Positions 24,752 through 49,100 of a stretch of 64,000 bases of DNA are shown in pieces. Position 1 is the first letter of the stretch. Each line of letters begins with the position of its first letter. The notes beneath the pieces are model-generated. The model saw only the letters and a list, made by a program, of their open reading frames with translations. It searched no databases and had not been told where the DNA came from. Source of the DNA: Phoronis australis. Its lineage: Eukaryota; Animalia; Phoronida. A program made the position numbers and the translations under genes. Location of the stretch: the NCBI GenBank assembly GCA_002633005.1, contig NMRA01000234.1, forward strand, positions 62,001-126,000, given 5' to 3'.

Positions 24752-25712
24752 ATGTTAACAATAAACTCGGTCTCACCAACTTTGTGATGCACGGTAAAAC
24801 CTCACCACTTTAGGACATACTATGGCTGACAATAATGTTTTATCGTTTTTAATTTTTACGAGACTTATACAGTCAACATGTCACTTACAGGGCGCTAATT
24901 AACCTACAGCACTAGTGAGCAACATAGGGTATCTGACAAATCCATAATTTTATTCTGATAGCAAATTAGTTTTTCTTTCTGATGATGTCAACAACTAAAA
25001 AACAGATAATTTTGTATTTTTATTGACTCTTGTCTACGATATCAGTTCCTGAACACTGAAGCCAGTTCCCGATTACACTACAAAAGCAACTGAAGATGCC
25101 TGTTCTTAGACTTACACGTAACTCATTCCCCTCTAATGCCAACAGGTGGCACGAACATATATTTGCATTCAGCTGGAGGCAAAGCAAGCTATATATAAAT
25201 ATGCTATGTGAACTATGCACCTCCAAGTTGAATGGTATCTTGAGGAGACCCACAACCTAACCATCTATATTTGACTAAATTTAGGATGTTAAGATAGGCA
25301 AAGTTGACTATTCTCCTAACTGAAGATGTCTGATCTTGCCTATGTGTCATTACTCGTCACTCCTGTTTATTAAATTCTTGTGGGCATGTTTCCTCCTTGT
25401 CGCAGGCCAAATAAGTATCCTGGGGGAAGTGTCTAACCACCAGTGAACCTTTGTCAAATTAGTTAGTTTTAAGGTTAAAGTTATGTAGGACCTTGTTGAC
25501 AGCTTAGGTCTGTCTATTTTGTCACTTGATCACTATCAAGTTCACCAGGTTTTGATTAAAAATTTACTTAAATTCTTCCACTATTTAGTAAAATGAAGCG
25601 ACTCATAGTGGCATATTGTTTTTGTCCAAAATTAGTGAGATTTTTCTGTATTGTTTGTTTAGTTAATTTATATTGAATAGGCAGATCTGTGATAAGTGTC
25701 AGTATTTATTGT

Positions 25713-26418
25713 CAGGGCTGCCAACTGTTAGGGTATTTTCCCATACTTTATGTACTTTCAGGACATGAAATGTTTCTACGTATGGAAATTAAAATGGAAC
25801 AGATTTTGAGCAATTACTTCCCCTTCAAAATTAGTTGAAAGCAAAACAATGTTTCTAAAGTTATTGGCATGTGTGACAGTGGTTGTGTGCCTATGCTACG
25901 TGGCTTCCATATGCCTTTAGCAATTGATTTTGCAAGATCCGTCCAATGAAGATGTGTTATCCTAAGCACCAATGCATGGTGCTTCACAATATAATTCACA
26001 TATTGAGCTTCCACTTTCGTGATTGGTCAGTTGAAATTATTCTCAGAATGACCAACCAATTTAAAACATGTTTACGTAGCTTAGAAAATTAACATTGTGG
26101 AATTTTCTAGATGGAGGAATAGGATTGTATTTAGAAAACAGGAATGCGTCAATTTGACCAGTGCACTCGTGTCTTGGCAACATCATTGTGGACCAGTAAT
26201 CAGTGAGATATCAATTCGGGATTGTGGCTAGGTGCTGTGAAGAGAAATCAGAGTCGTTGATGTTGCTCGCAATACAGTCATTTGACAAGCTGAGCTTTTA
26301 ATGCCACTTTTTAATTACACAAAGTTTGGATTTAAATTAAAGCTTTCAGAGAAATATGTAAATTGCTTGCTAAACATGGAATGTTACACATTACATTTCA
26401 ATAGGGTTGGCAGCCTTG
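25713..26418. mobile_element. Non-autonomous DNA transposon with hAT-like TIRs
   Basis: CAGGGCTGCCAAC at 25713 versus GTTGGCAGCCTTG ending 26418 (12/13 inverted match); no 8-bp TSD recognisable. Confidence 0.5.
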
Positions 26419-26841
26419 TATACAAAATAATTTAAAGGAAATACATGTGTGAATTATTTTTGCTTACATCTTTTAGCTCACTCCGCATCTGCCAAGTTAA
26501 AACATTCACCAGCAAGGCTAAACATTTAATGCACAAACTCTACACTAAATTAGCTCGTAGACATTTTCTTCATGTCTTTCTCCATAATGTAGTATACTGC
26601 CAATTTAGGCATGCAAACTCACTTTTGAGGTAGAGATAGTACAATCAGGTCCATAGAATGGGTAATAAGGAAAAAAGAGGATGAGTTTGGCAATTTTTTC
26701 CCTGTGGCTCAATATCTGTCATGTTCTGGGTTTATCAACTGGAATGTTTGTAACGACAAACCACTTGTAGCCGTGACGTACACAGTAAGCCTATATCAAC
26801 GCACAGCATTGCTCAAATTTGTCTTTGGGAAAGACAGACCT

Positions 26842-26971
26842 GGCGTGCATTCAGTAACGTTAGAACCTTTTTAAAATCTAGCCAAAGTCGGGTGTTCTCA
26901 TTTAAGATACACGGCACGTTATTTCGCAGTCTTGGTTTTAAGCGAGGTCCTAGCGTTACTGAATGGGAGGC
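26842..26971. mobile_element. MITE, about 130 bp
   Basis: CATTCAGTAACGTTAGAACCT (from 26848) is an inverted repeat of AGGTCCTAGCGTTACTGAATG (ending 26965). Confidence 0.6.
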
Positions 26972-27554
26972 TGACCTAGTGCACGAGAAAACAAAGAGCA
27001 GTCTTGGGGGAAAAATCTCAAATCACTGGAGAACAATATGTAGTAAGAGGATGATTGCTTCAAGGTGCAGCTGTTGAAATGAGTTGGCCAGGACCAATGC
27101 TATTTTTGGCTCGAATGGAGAACGATTGTGCAACATGCATGGTCAGTTGGTAAACATGATCTGACATTCAAAGCACATTCTGTGAATGCAAACAGAAAAA
27201 CAACCAAAGTCAGACTATTTAGTAATCTTTAATTGCATGAAGATCACATTTGATGTTACAACTTGGAATAATTATTTTGTTGAAATGTCACCAATTTTAA
27301 ATGTAAACGGCCGACTGTCTCTCACACACAACATTGCAAAACGTCCTGTTACACACTAGTATGGTGTGGTGTGCTCCGCTTCCTCCCAAAGTTAAAGACA
27401 AGTATTTATAATTATAACACATTGACAAACGCAAACTGGTAGGTAGTTTAATTACTACAGGTATACCCGCTTGTATGTACAATCACTAGCCAATAGGAAT
27501 TGATATCTTACAGCATGACAATGAGTGGACCAATCAAAGCTAGTGTTACATCAC

Positions 27555-40723
<13,169 letters not shown>

Positions 40724-41111
40724 CCTAACAAAAACAATAGCGTGTCAAAGAAATCAAATTAACATAGCTACAGTAGTACTGGCAATTAAAGTCCCCCCGG
40801 GTTACAGTTTTTACCCACATCGGTGTCATTCTGTATATTCATCTAGGACCACCAAATCTCTTTACCCCCAGATGTGTATTAGTTTATAGTTATACAACTT
40901 TGGACCAAGGCTACCTAGTTGGCCTACCACAACGCCTCATCACATGCGATCTAGGAAAAGACGAAAGTTCGAAAGCCCAGCTTTCGAGAGAACGAAGTGC
41001 AATATGTGTTCATGAAACAACCTAAATGAAAAATTCAGTATTACCGAACGTGGCAGTTGGTTTGATATGATACGTAAATAAATTCAAGCTAAATTTACCC
41101 TAAGAACTCAC

Positions 41112-41345
41112 CCGACACTAAAACTTCTGAAATGGACCAGGCAAATACTGTTTCCCGCCAACAGCCGGACTTTAAATCACGTGTCAAAAACCGCGGGAAA
41201 TAATTGTGTTTCCGGTTTTGCGACATTCCCGATGATTTACGACAAGATGAAGCATTGGCCGAAATCGGAAATCGAGAACATGTGGCTTAGTTTTGGTTTT
41301 TGCGCAAACTTGTGAATTAAAGATAGACCAGTATAAGGGTGCAAG
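41112..41345. promoter_or_regulatory. Putative bidirectional promoter for MCM4 (-) and MCAT (+), with two E2F sites, an E-box and an ETS-like site
   Basis: TTTCCCGCC 41151-41159, GCGGGAAA 41193-41200, CACGTG 41178-41183, TTTCCGG ~41209-41215; locally CpG-rich. Flanked by a minus-strand donor GG|GTGAGT at 41112/41111 (MCM4 5'-UTR exon) and a plus-strand donor AAG|GTAAT at 41345/41346 (candidate MCAT 5'-UTR exon). Confidence 0.65.
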
Positions 41346-41419
41346 GTAATATACTGTAATTGAAAGACAGACAACACCAAAAACAAATAGAGGAGGGTCA
41401 GGTTTGTCTGTGTTTTTAA

Positions 41420-42009
41420 CCCTTATCCTGCTGAGTCTCTATTCAGACTACTTTCCCTGTGTGCTGAGCTAAGTAGGTCACCACTACTGCTTTACACTAA
41501 GCTGTTGTGGAGGTCACCTAGACAAATGACCTAACAATTTTAAATTGGAAATTTGAAGGGGAAATATTAAATTAACAGAAAAGAAGTCAATACAAAAGTT
41601 GTGCAGAATTTAATGGAAAATTTCACCATATATAAGTCTTAATCATAGCCTTGGTGAAAGTAAACTGATCCACTGTCATCCTCTCCCGTATGGCTCCAGC
41701 CATATAATGAAACTATGTGTCTACACTTACATAAACCTGCCAATATCTCCCAAACTAGTAATCACAGCCATATGGTTTAAATTGGAGAACAGTAGAGGAA
41801 GTTGTGAAGTATGGAATGCTCATGGTCACATATCTAAACAACATTCCAGGGCTCTTACAATTTCTGAATGAAAATCACAAGTGTCCTGGGGTGAGTGCAC
41901 TCTCCTAGCGCAGCCCAGCTGTAACTTATTATAGTCGATTGAGTACACCCAACGCATTTTAATAGGATAATTGGCATGTGGGCTGACCTCGCCTAGCGCA
42001 GGATAAGGG
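41420..42009. mobile_element. piggyBac-type non-autonomous element (590 bp)
   Basis: Perfect 12-bp TIRs CCCTTATCCTGC / GCAGGATAAGGG flanked by TTAA at 41416-41419 and 42010-42013; no ORF. Confidence 0.88.
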
Positions 42010-43104
42010 TTAAGCACAGAGGATCTAAGTTCATTGTCAAATGAACACCGGGACGCTTAACAGAGCAATACTCTTTTATTTAGGAAGTTAATAGAAGCAT
42101 TGCTGTTTTGTGATGCTTTATCATGGGTTTAATGCTTAGTTCGCTGTGAGTGCAACAATTGATAGCGATCACAGATCTACGCAGCTGCTAAGTTTGTACC
42201 GTTCCTCCAGGGGTGGTTTACCTCAACCTGTTGACACGAATGTTATGTTGTTTTTTTAATCGCGGTACCAAATTCAGTGGCGTTTCTGACTGGTGACTTG
42301 TCAAGAGTGTAAAAGACATATTGAAACATGTTGCTTGTATCGTACCACATGACTTCCAGAATTCCAGACATGATTAATTTTGCCATCTTTCTAGTGGTCT
42401 TGAATTTAGGACGGCGAGTTTGTCTGTTGTGACTGGTGCAATATGGGCGATATAACTTTGAGCTGTGCGACTTTATTTTCTGGCTCAGTCGTCCAGCTGT
42501 CTAGTAGGGCTTTGAAGCCTAGCAGGTGTATTTCTGCAAGAGGATGGCTGAGGAGGCTTCCAGCTCCATACAAATGATGTAATGATATCTAGACCTCTAG
42601 ATGATGGCTGTGTCAGACGGATGGCGTCATGACATCTGGTCCTCCTAAGGATGGCTGAGAAGTACTCCAGTGCCAGATGGTCCAGCTTGGTGGTTGATCA
42701 TCTCTTTCCTGACTCCGTGCATTCGGTGGTATCTGGCTGGTGCACTTTCTTTGCGTCTTCTGTGTGAATCGGCTTCAGTTATTAGGAGTCAGTGCAACTG
42801 TATACCTGCATATTCGATTATCATGTGGAGAAACTTCACTGTTAAGAGAGAAAATCTGACTGGATTTTTTAACAGTTTCTCATCAGTTTCAGTGCTCCAA
42901 AAGAATGTCCATCCTAAAATAACTAATCTCTGCTATAAACCATATTGTGACGTTAAAAACCAAGTTTCACCACAGCCATATCTGCTTTTCCAAATATGTC
43001 GTCGCTTTCATACCCTTTTCTTGAGTTGAATAGTTATAATATATCACTAGATTCCCCAGACAGCCATACTGCTTTGGTAACTGAAATTGACCTCCTGGGA
43101 TACG

Positions 43105-43394
43105 CTAATAATGGGTGTGGTCTGAAGCTAATTGTGTGGTCTGAAGCTAATAATGGGTGTGGTCTGAAGCTAATAATGGGTGTGGTCTGAAGGTAATAAT
43201 GGGTGTGTTCTAAAGCTAATGATGGGTGCGTTCTAAAGCTAATAATGGGTGCAGTCTGAAACTAATAATGGGTGTGGCCTGAAGCTAATAATGGGTGCAG
43301 TCTGAAACTAATAATGGGTTTGGCTTGAAGCTAATAATGGGTGCAGTCTGAAGCTAATAATGGGTGTGGTCTGAAGCTAATAATGGGTGTGGTC
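43105..43394. repeat. 23-bp minisatellite (GAAGCTAATAATGGGTGTGGTCT), cut by an N at 43395
   Basis: About 12 tandem units; true array length is unknown because of the join. Confidence 0.92.
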
Positions 43395-44469
43395 NTTGCT
43401 CAACCAATTATCAAGTTTCAACTTTTCTGATGAAAAGTCTTTAAAATGATACCTTATTTGTTTTTTTTCCTGGAGTAATTGTTATTTTATGAAAATTCGA
43501 AATCGCAAAATTGTACGTAGTGACTTCTCTTTGTCGGCTGTGTTGACTTTAAGGTCAATATCTTTGCACAGGAACGTCTAATCGAAATGTTTTTTTGGCA
43601 AATTATTCATCATAAAAAGTTCTTTAAAATGACGTATTACATGTCTATTTACGTTTCTTAGTTTTGAAATAATATTTTGAACTCGCAGATTCGATTTGAC
43701 AGAATTTTTACCAAAAATTTTGACACGAAAATGACATTTTCTCCGTAACCATAAGTCCAATTTAAAAAAATTTACTATCGTTATTTTAGTTTCGAAAAGA
43801 GCTTTCTAATGATGTATATTACATGCACATTTTCTAAAATTTTTGAAAAATGCAGTTCTCCCTATCGTTACAGCCGTTTAAGTGGAAAATAATTCAATAA
43901 ACGTCATTTTTGTGCGTAATCCTCCGGCTTTTCCAACAAAGAAAAGTTATGCCGTCGTTTTGTAAACAGTACGCTCGTGACTCGTGCAGGCGCCATTTCG
44001 TAAATTTTTGCAACATCTCTCAGGAGATGATGGTAGCTTGGCAGCAGCAAAATTTCTTCAGAAATTCGTTTTTTCGGTTTCAAAATTCTAAAAACTTGCA
44101 ATGAAGTGAAACCAGTTTCGATAATTTGTTGTGACTAGTATGCAACCTCGTGAAAGGCCAGCAGCTGATTGAAGAATTGGTGAAAAAAGAAACTGGCCTA
44201 TAGTTGACACAATATTTCATGGCGCCAAAAGCCAACGCAGAAGGTCGCTCCACAACTTTAGCAGCAGAATAACGGTAGAACGCCAATTTTTCCAAAACCA
44301 GAAAGTATTTTTTTTTACTCAAATTAGTGTGTAGTTTTTAATGACACTAATTTTGTGTCAGATTTTATCTTACCACTTTTTTACCCATGTCAGGGCAAAG
44401 CTGTATATTTAATAGACAGCTTTGTACCAAGGCTAATAGACATTCAACCTTATTGCTTTTTTCAACCTT

Positions 44470-44610
44470 ATTTAATAATAAAAGCAATGTTATGTATAAG
44501 GTTGAATGTGACAACTGTATGGAGTTCTATATTGGACTCACCCAGAGACACCTCTGTGACAGGCTGAAAGAACATAACACCTCCGACAAAATTTATAGGC
44601 ATTGTGTTAG
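44470..44610 (+). mobile_element. Penelope-like element remnant (GIY-YIG endonuclease fragment)
   Basis: KSNVMYKVECDNCMEFYIGLTQRHLCDRLKEH matches the PLE GIY-YIG pattern (VY..C..C...YIG.T.R.L..R..EH); no intact RT. Confidence 0.75.
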
Positions 44611-45394
44611 CAACAATTACCACGTTACAGCGTTTTCCCGTTGCTCCCAACATTTCTAATATAGCCCAACAACAAGTTGGGAAGATGACCCCTGTGGCCA
44701 ATATCTTGCACGACTGATTTACTCCATTCTGGCATTTATGGTTGGAGGGCCAGTTCTCTTTTGTTTGATAATTGCATTAATCTCCAATGAAATCGTATTT
44801 AGCCTGACTGAGCTGTGCTGTTTAAAATAAAAGTGTAGTTATAACATATTTGAACTTAAACCAATAGAATTTCTGAAATCCTTGTCAAATGGTGGTCATG
44901 TTTAGGTTTTGAATCACCAAAATCTCCCGAACAACAATCGAAGGTACGACAATCTATTCGTTCCGAACATACCAATTTGCTCTGGGTTTGGCTGTGTTCA
45001 CCCGTGGTCTGTAATAAGCCTGGTAAATAATTGGGTTACCTGTTGTCATACCAGACAAAAGACCGCCCTTGACAGTTAACAAAGAAGCTAGATATTATCA
45101 CATGCTCACAACCCTCTACATCTGGTAAAGTCACTGAATGGGGAAACGTCGTCATGAAGCCAGTTCAGTTAGCATTATTTGTAAAGAACCTGTAAAGGAA
45201 TTACTGTTCATCAAGGAGTCATTGGCCATTCAGGAACAGCATGCTACTGATTCTCTCAATAACGTGCAGAGCTCAGTGACCCTACAACTATGGTGATGAC
45301 CTACTTACTATTCCCTATATCTCTTGCTACTCTCATTTCACTACATGGATGTGACTTGAATGGCAATCGACACTTGTTGTCCTACTGCACATAT

Positions 45395-45428
45395 CCTGAT
45401 GATGTCTTATGAATAGACGAAGCATTGA
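45395..45428 (+). ncRNA. Decayed minimal (Penelope-type) hammerhead ribozyme motif
   Basis: C-CTGATGA-T-GTCT-TATGAAT-AGAC-GAA-GCAT-T-G. First core segment and stem II are intact; GAAA and stem III are mutated. Same strand as, and downstream of, the GIY-YIG remnant. Confidence 0.5.
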
Positions 45429-46140
45429 GTTAACTTTTTTATTTGTGCGGCAATTGTCCGATTTTTAATCGTACTTTAGTCAAAAAATGGTGTAATTATC
45501 AATGTCTACTAGCTAGCCAGCTAGCTGTATGAAGACTATTTTTAAAATACATTTAGGTACCACTGTGTTTGGACTCCGTTACACCTCAAAATTTCACATA
45601 TCCCGGGTAGGTCTGCTCGTCACTTGGTCGTGAAACTTATATCAACATGTAGAGCTAATGACCTGTGAAATGCAAGAAAAATCTGGAAGTCAACTGACAT
45701 TCATCTTGCCCACTGAAGCCGCTTAAGTGAAAAGCAATCTAATAAACGTCATTTCCTTGCATAATTCTCCACCCTTTGTAACAAAGCAAAGTATGTCATT
45801 TTGAAAACAGCTTACTCATGATACGCACATGGGCCATTACCCATCTCTCGGGAGATAATGATAGCTTCATAGCAGCAAAATTTGTTTTGTAATTTGGTTT
45901 GCTGGTATTAAAATACTAAAATCTTGTAACCAGACTCGATAATTTGTTGTGACATGTCCGCAACTTTATGGAAAAGAACCTTTGAAATGTTACAGCAAGA
46001 TCTTTGGTAACCGAATTAGTAACTAATACCACTGTAGACGTTTGTTAAATTTTACTTCTATCAGACTGGATCTAGACACTTCAAGATTTCTATATGCTAT
46101 GCTAACGTTTCTTTTTTAGATTTCGGCCTATGCAGATACC

Positions 46141-49100
46141 ATGAATTGTTCCCTTGGACAGTTATTGAAAAGACCTGCTAGAAACTCTACTATTCATTTG
46201 CTGAGGCGTCTTTGTTCCACAAGCTCATCAGATGCGTCTGATTCACTTCCAGTGAAGACTGATGTTAATACTAGTCAACGTACTCAAAAGAGCTGCTATG
46301 TTCCTATGAACAGCCAACCATTAGTTGAACATTTACAGAATGCGCAGTCAACAGAGCTGCAGCCCTCTCCTGAGTTTCCATCTGATCTTGACACTTACCA
46401 CAGACAATCTCAGGAGCGGCATGCATTCAGACCCAAGGTAGACCCACAACAAACTTCCATTCTGCTCTTCCCAGGTCAGGGCAGTCAGTTTGTGGGTATG
46501 GGTGGCAAGCTGTTGCCATATCCTAATGTTAAGGAGATGTATGAGCTAGCTAGTGAAGTGTTGGGTTATGACCTACTGGACTTATGCCTGAATGGACCCA
46601 AGTCCAGACTTGATAAAACAGTTTACTGTCAGCCTGCAGTCATGGTCACGTCACTGGCTGCGGTGGAGCGACTGAAGAACGAGAACCCCGTGGTAAGTAC
46701 AGTACTTTGCGTACCTCGGTCATGTGATGCCTTCATTGCTTATGTGATGCCTTCATTGGTCACAGTCACCTCTGTATACCACGGTCATGTAACGGCTTCA
46801 TTGGTTACACTCTGCTCTTTTTACCACGTCATGTAACACCTTCATTGCTCACACTCAGCTCTGTATACCACGTCATGTGATGTCTTCATTGCTCACACTC
46901 TGCTTTGTATACTGCAGTCATGTGATGCCTTCATTGCTCGTGTGACGCCTTCATTGCTCATGTGACGCCTTCATTGCTCATATGACACCTCCATTGGTTA
47001 CCGACAACTCTATATACCACAGTCTTGTGATGCTATCATTGCTCACAGTCAACTCTGCATACCAAAGTCATGTGACGCCTTCATTGCTCATGTGATGCCT
47101 TCATTGCTCACAGCCAGCTCTGTAAATCACAGTCTTGTGATACCTTCATTGCTCACACTCTGCTCTGTATTCCACAGTCACGTGATGCCTTCATTGCCTC
47201 ACACACACCCCGGTATTTCTTATTCAACATTACGGTTGACCAAAACATTCATTTTAAAGTCCTTGTTGCAAACTGCCCGTGTGGTTCCAGTATCCGAAAA
47301 TACTTACTACATAAATTCTTATTTTCGACACCCTTTCTTTATATTCTTTTCGCCTTTCTTGCCAAAAGCGATTTTGTAGCAGTATTTGACCCTTCTCTCT
47401 GAGCGTATGATTACCGGTTGTCATCGGTTATTTCCGTACCCACATTTCCAGCTCATCAGTTCAGGAACTTGTCCTGAACGCCGACATTTTTTCCTTGTAA
47501 CTGAATGTGCTATGGCTTGCTCGAAAAGTCTTCATTATTTTGTTTTATTAGTAATATATCGTGTTTCGTTTGCATATGTAGTGTATTTATAGTTTGTAGT
47601 TAGTGGTCGATGATTTTTTTGGAATGTTACGCGTACTTAGTATGTTAAAATAGCATTGGTGTTTAGTTCCTTACGTAGGCGGGTCGAACCTAGGAACCAA
47701 TATGGGTCGAANNNNNNNNNNNNNNNNNNNNNNNNNNNNNNNNNNNNNNNNNNNNNNNNNNNNNNNNNNNNNNNNNNNNNNNNNNNNNNNNNNNNNNNNN
47801 NNNNNNNNNNNNNNNNNNNNNNNNNNNNNNNNNNNNNNNNNNNNNNNNNNNNNNNNNNNNNNNNNNNNNNNNNNNNNNNNNNNNNNNNNNNNNNNNNNNN
47901 NNNNNNNNNNNNNNNNNNNNNNNNNNNNNNNNNNNNNNNNNNNNNNNNNNNNNNNNNNNNNNNNNNNNNNNNNNNNNNNNNNNNNNNNNNNNNNNNNNNN
48001 NNNNNNNNNNNNNNNNNNNNNNNNNNNNNNNNNNNNNNNNNNNNNNNNNNNNNNNNNNNNNNNNNNNNNNNNNNNNNNNNNNNNNNNNNNNNNNNNNNNN
48101 NNNNNNNNNNNNNNNNNNNNNNNNNNNNNNNNNNNNNNNNNNNNNNNNNNNNNNNNNNNNNNNNNNNNNNNNNNNNNNNNNNNNCTTCGGGTGCGAATCG
48201 TGAGTGGCGCGTTCATTTAAACTGTTTTCGAGTACGGATCGTGTATTAGTTATGGGGTAGGTACTTCTTGGATCCTTATAACATCTTCTAACCATGTAAT
48301 AAGGGTTAACAACGCGTGAGACAAGGACTTTAATATACATTTCCCTGGTTTTATGACTTCTTTTTAACCACCATTTTGTGAATTGATTGAATTTCCCTGT
48401 TTTTCTCTCCAGATGATAGAGAGGTGTGTTGGTGCTGCTGGATTCAGTGTCGGTGAATATTCGGCGCTTGTGTTTGCCGGAGCATTGTCACTGGAAAATG
48501 GTAGGTTGTGTTTTCATGACATTAAGGTTATGCAGGACCTTAGAAAATGTCCAGATTTGGTTGTCATGGAACATCATATCTCACAAATGACTGATCGGAT
48601 TCGTGTGAAACTGTCAGGTGTACTTTATGCACTGTTTTCCAAAACACTGTAGGAGCTTTATTTAAATGTTCCACTTTTGCATGATAGGCTGTCGAAGAAC
48701 AGGACTTTTATGATCTTTACGAAAAAACTTATTAAACCTGATCTCAACATTTTCTTTGCCATGATCTCGAGCAATGACCAGCTGTCATTTCTTTCCAATC
48801 CCTGCACTCACTTCTAATCTGGAAATGTAACAATTTGTGATGGAGCAGTTTTGTAACAGCTCAGTAACAACTTTAAGTAGTCTTTAATGTTTGGGTAAGT
48901 TTATGTGGTACCTTATCAACAAGTTACTGAATTTTGCCTTATGTCTACAAAACTGTAAAATTTAACCACGTCAAAGTATATATTTCCTGAAAGTAGAAGA
49001 CCCATGGAATTTTGACTTCGTATCAATGAACCACTAATTTTGTCATGTAATTGCATCTTTTTCTTGAAATTAGAAAAAAAATGTACACTCATATCGAAAC

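Larger units (their letters stand above)
43895..45975 (+). repeat. Two diverged copies of an interspersed repeat (about 43895-44180 and 45740-45975)
   Basis: Shared collinear blocks AATAAACGTCATTT, GGAGATRATGRTAGCTT, CAGCAAAATTT and CGATAATTTGTTGTGAC. Confidence 0.6.

Noticed and set aside
42290-43030. More GC-balanced stretch with a 119-aa ORF, possibly a retroelement ORF1/gag relic
   Set aside because: No recognisable motif in the frames I examined; would need a profile search.
47656-48340. Long ORFs in the ORF track
   Set aside because: Artefacts of translating through the N gap.
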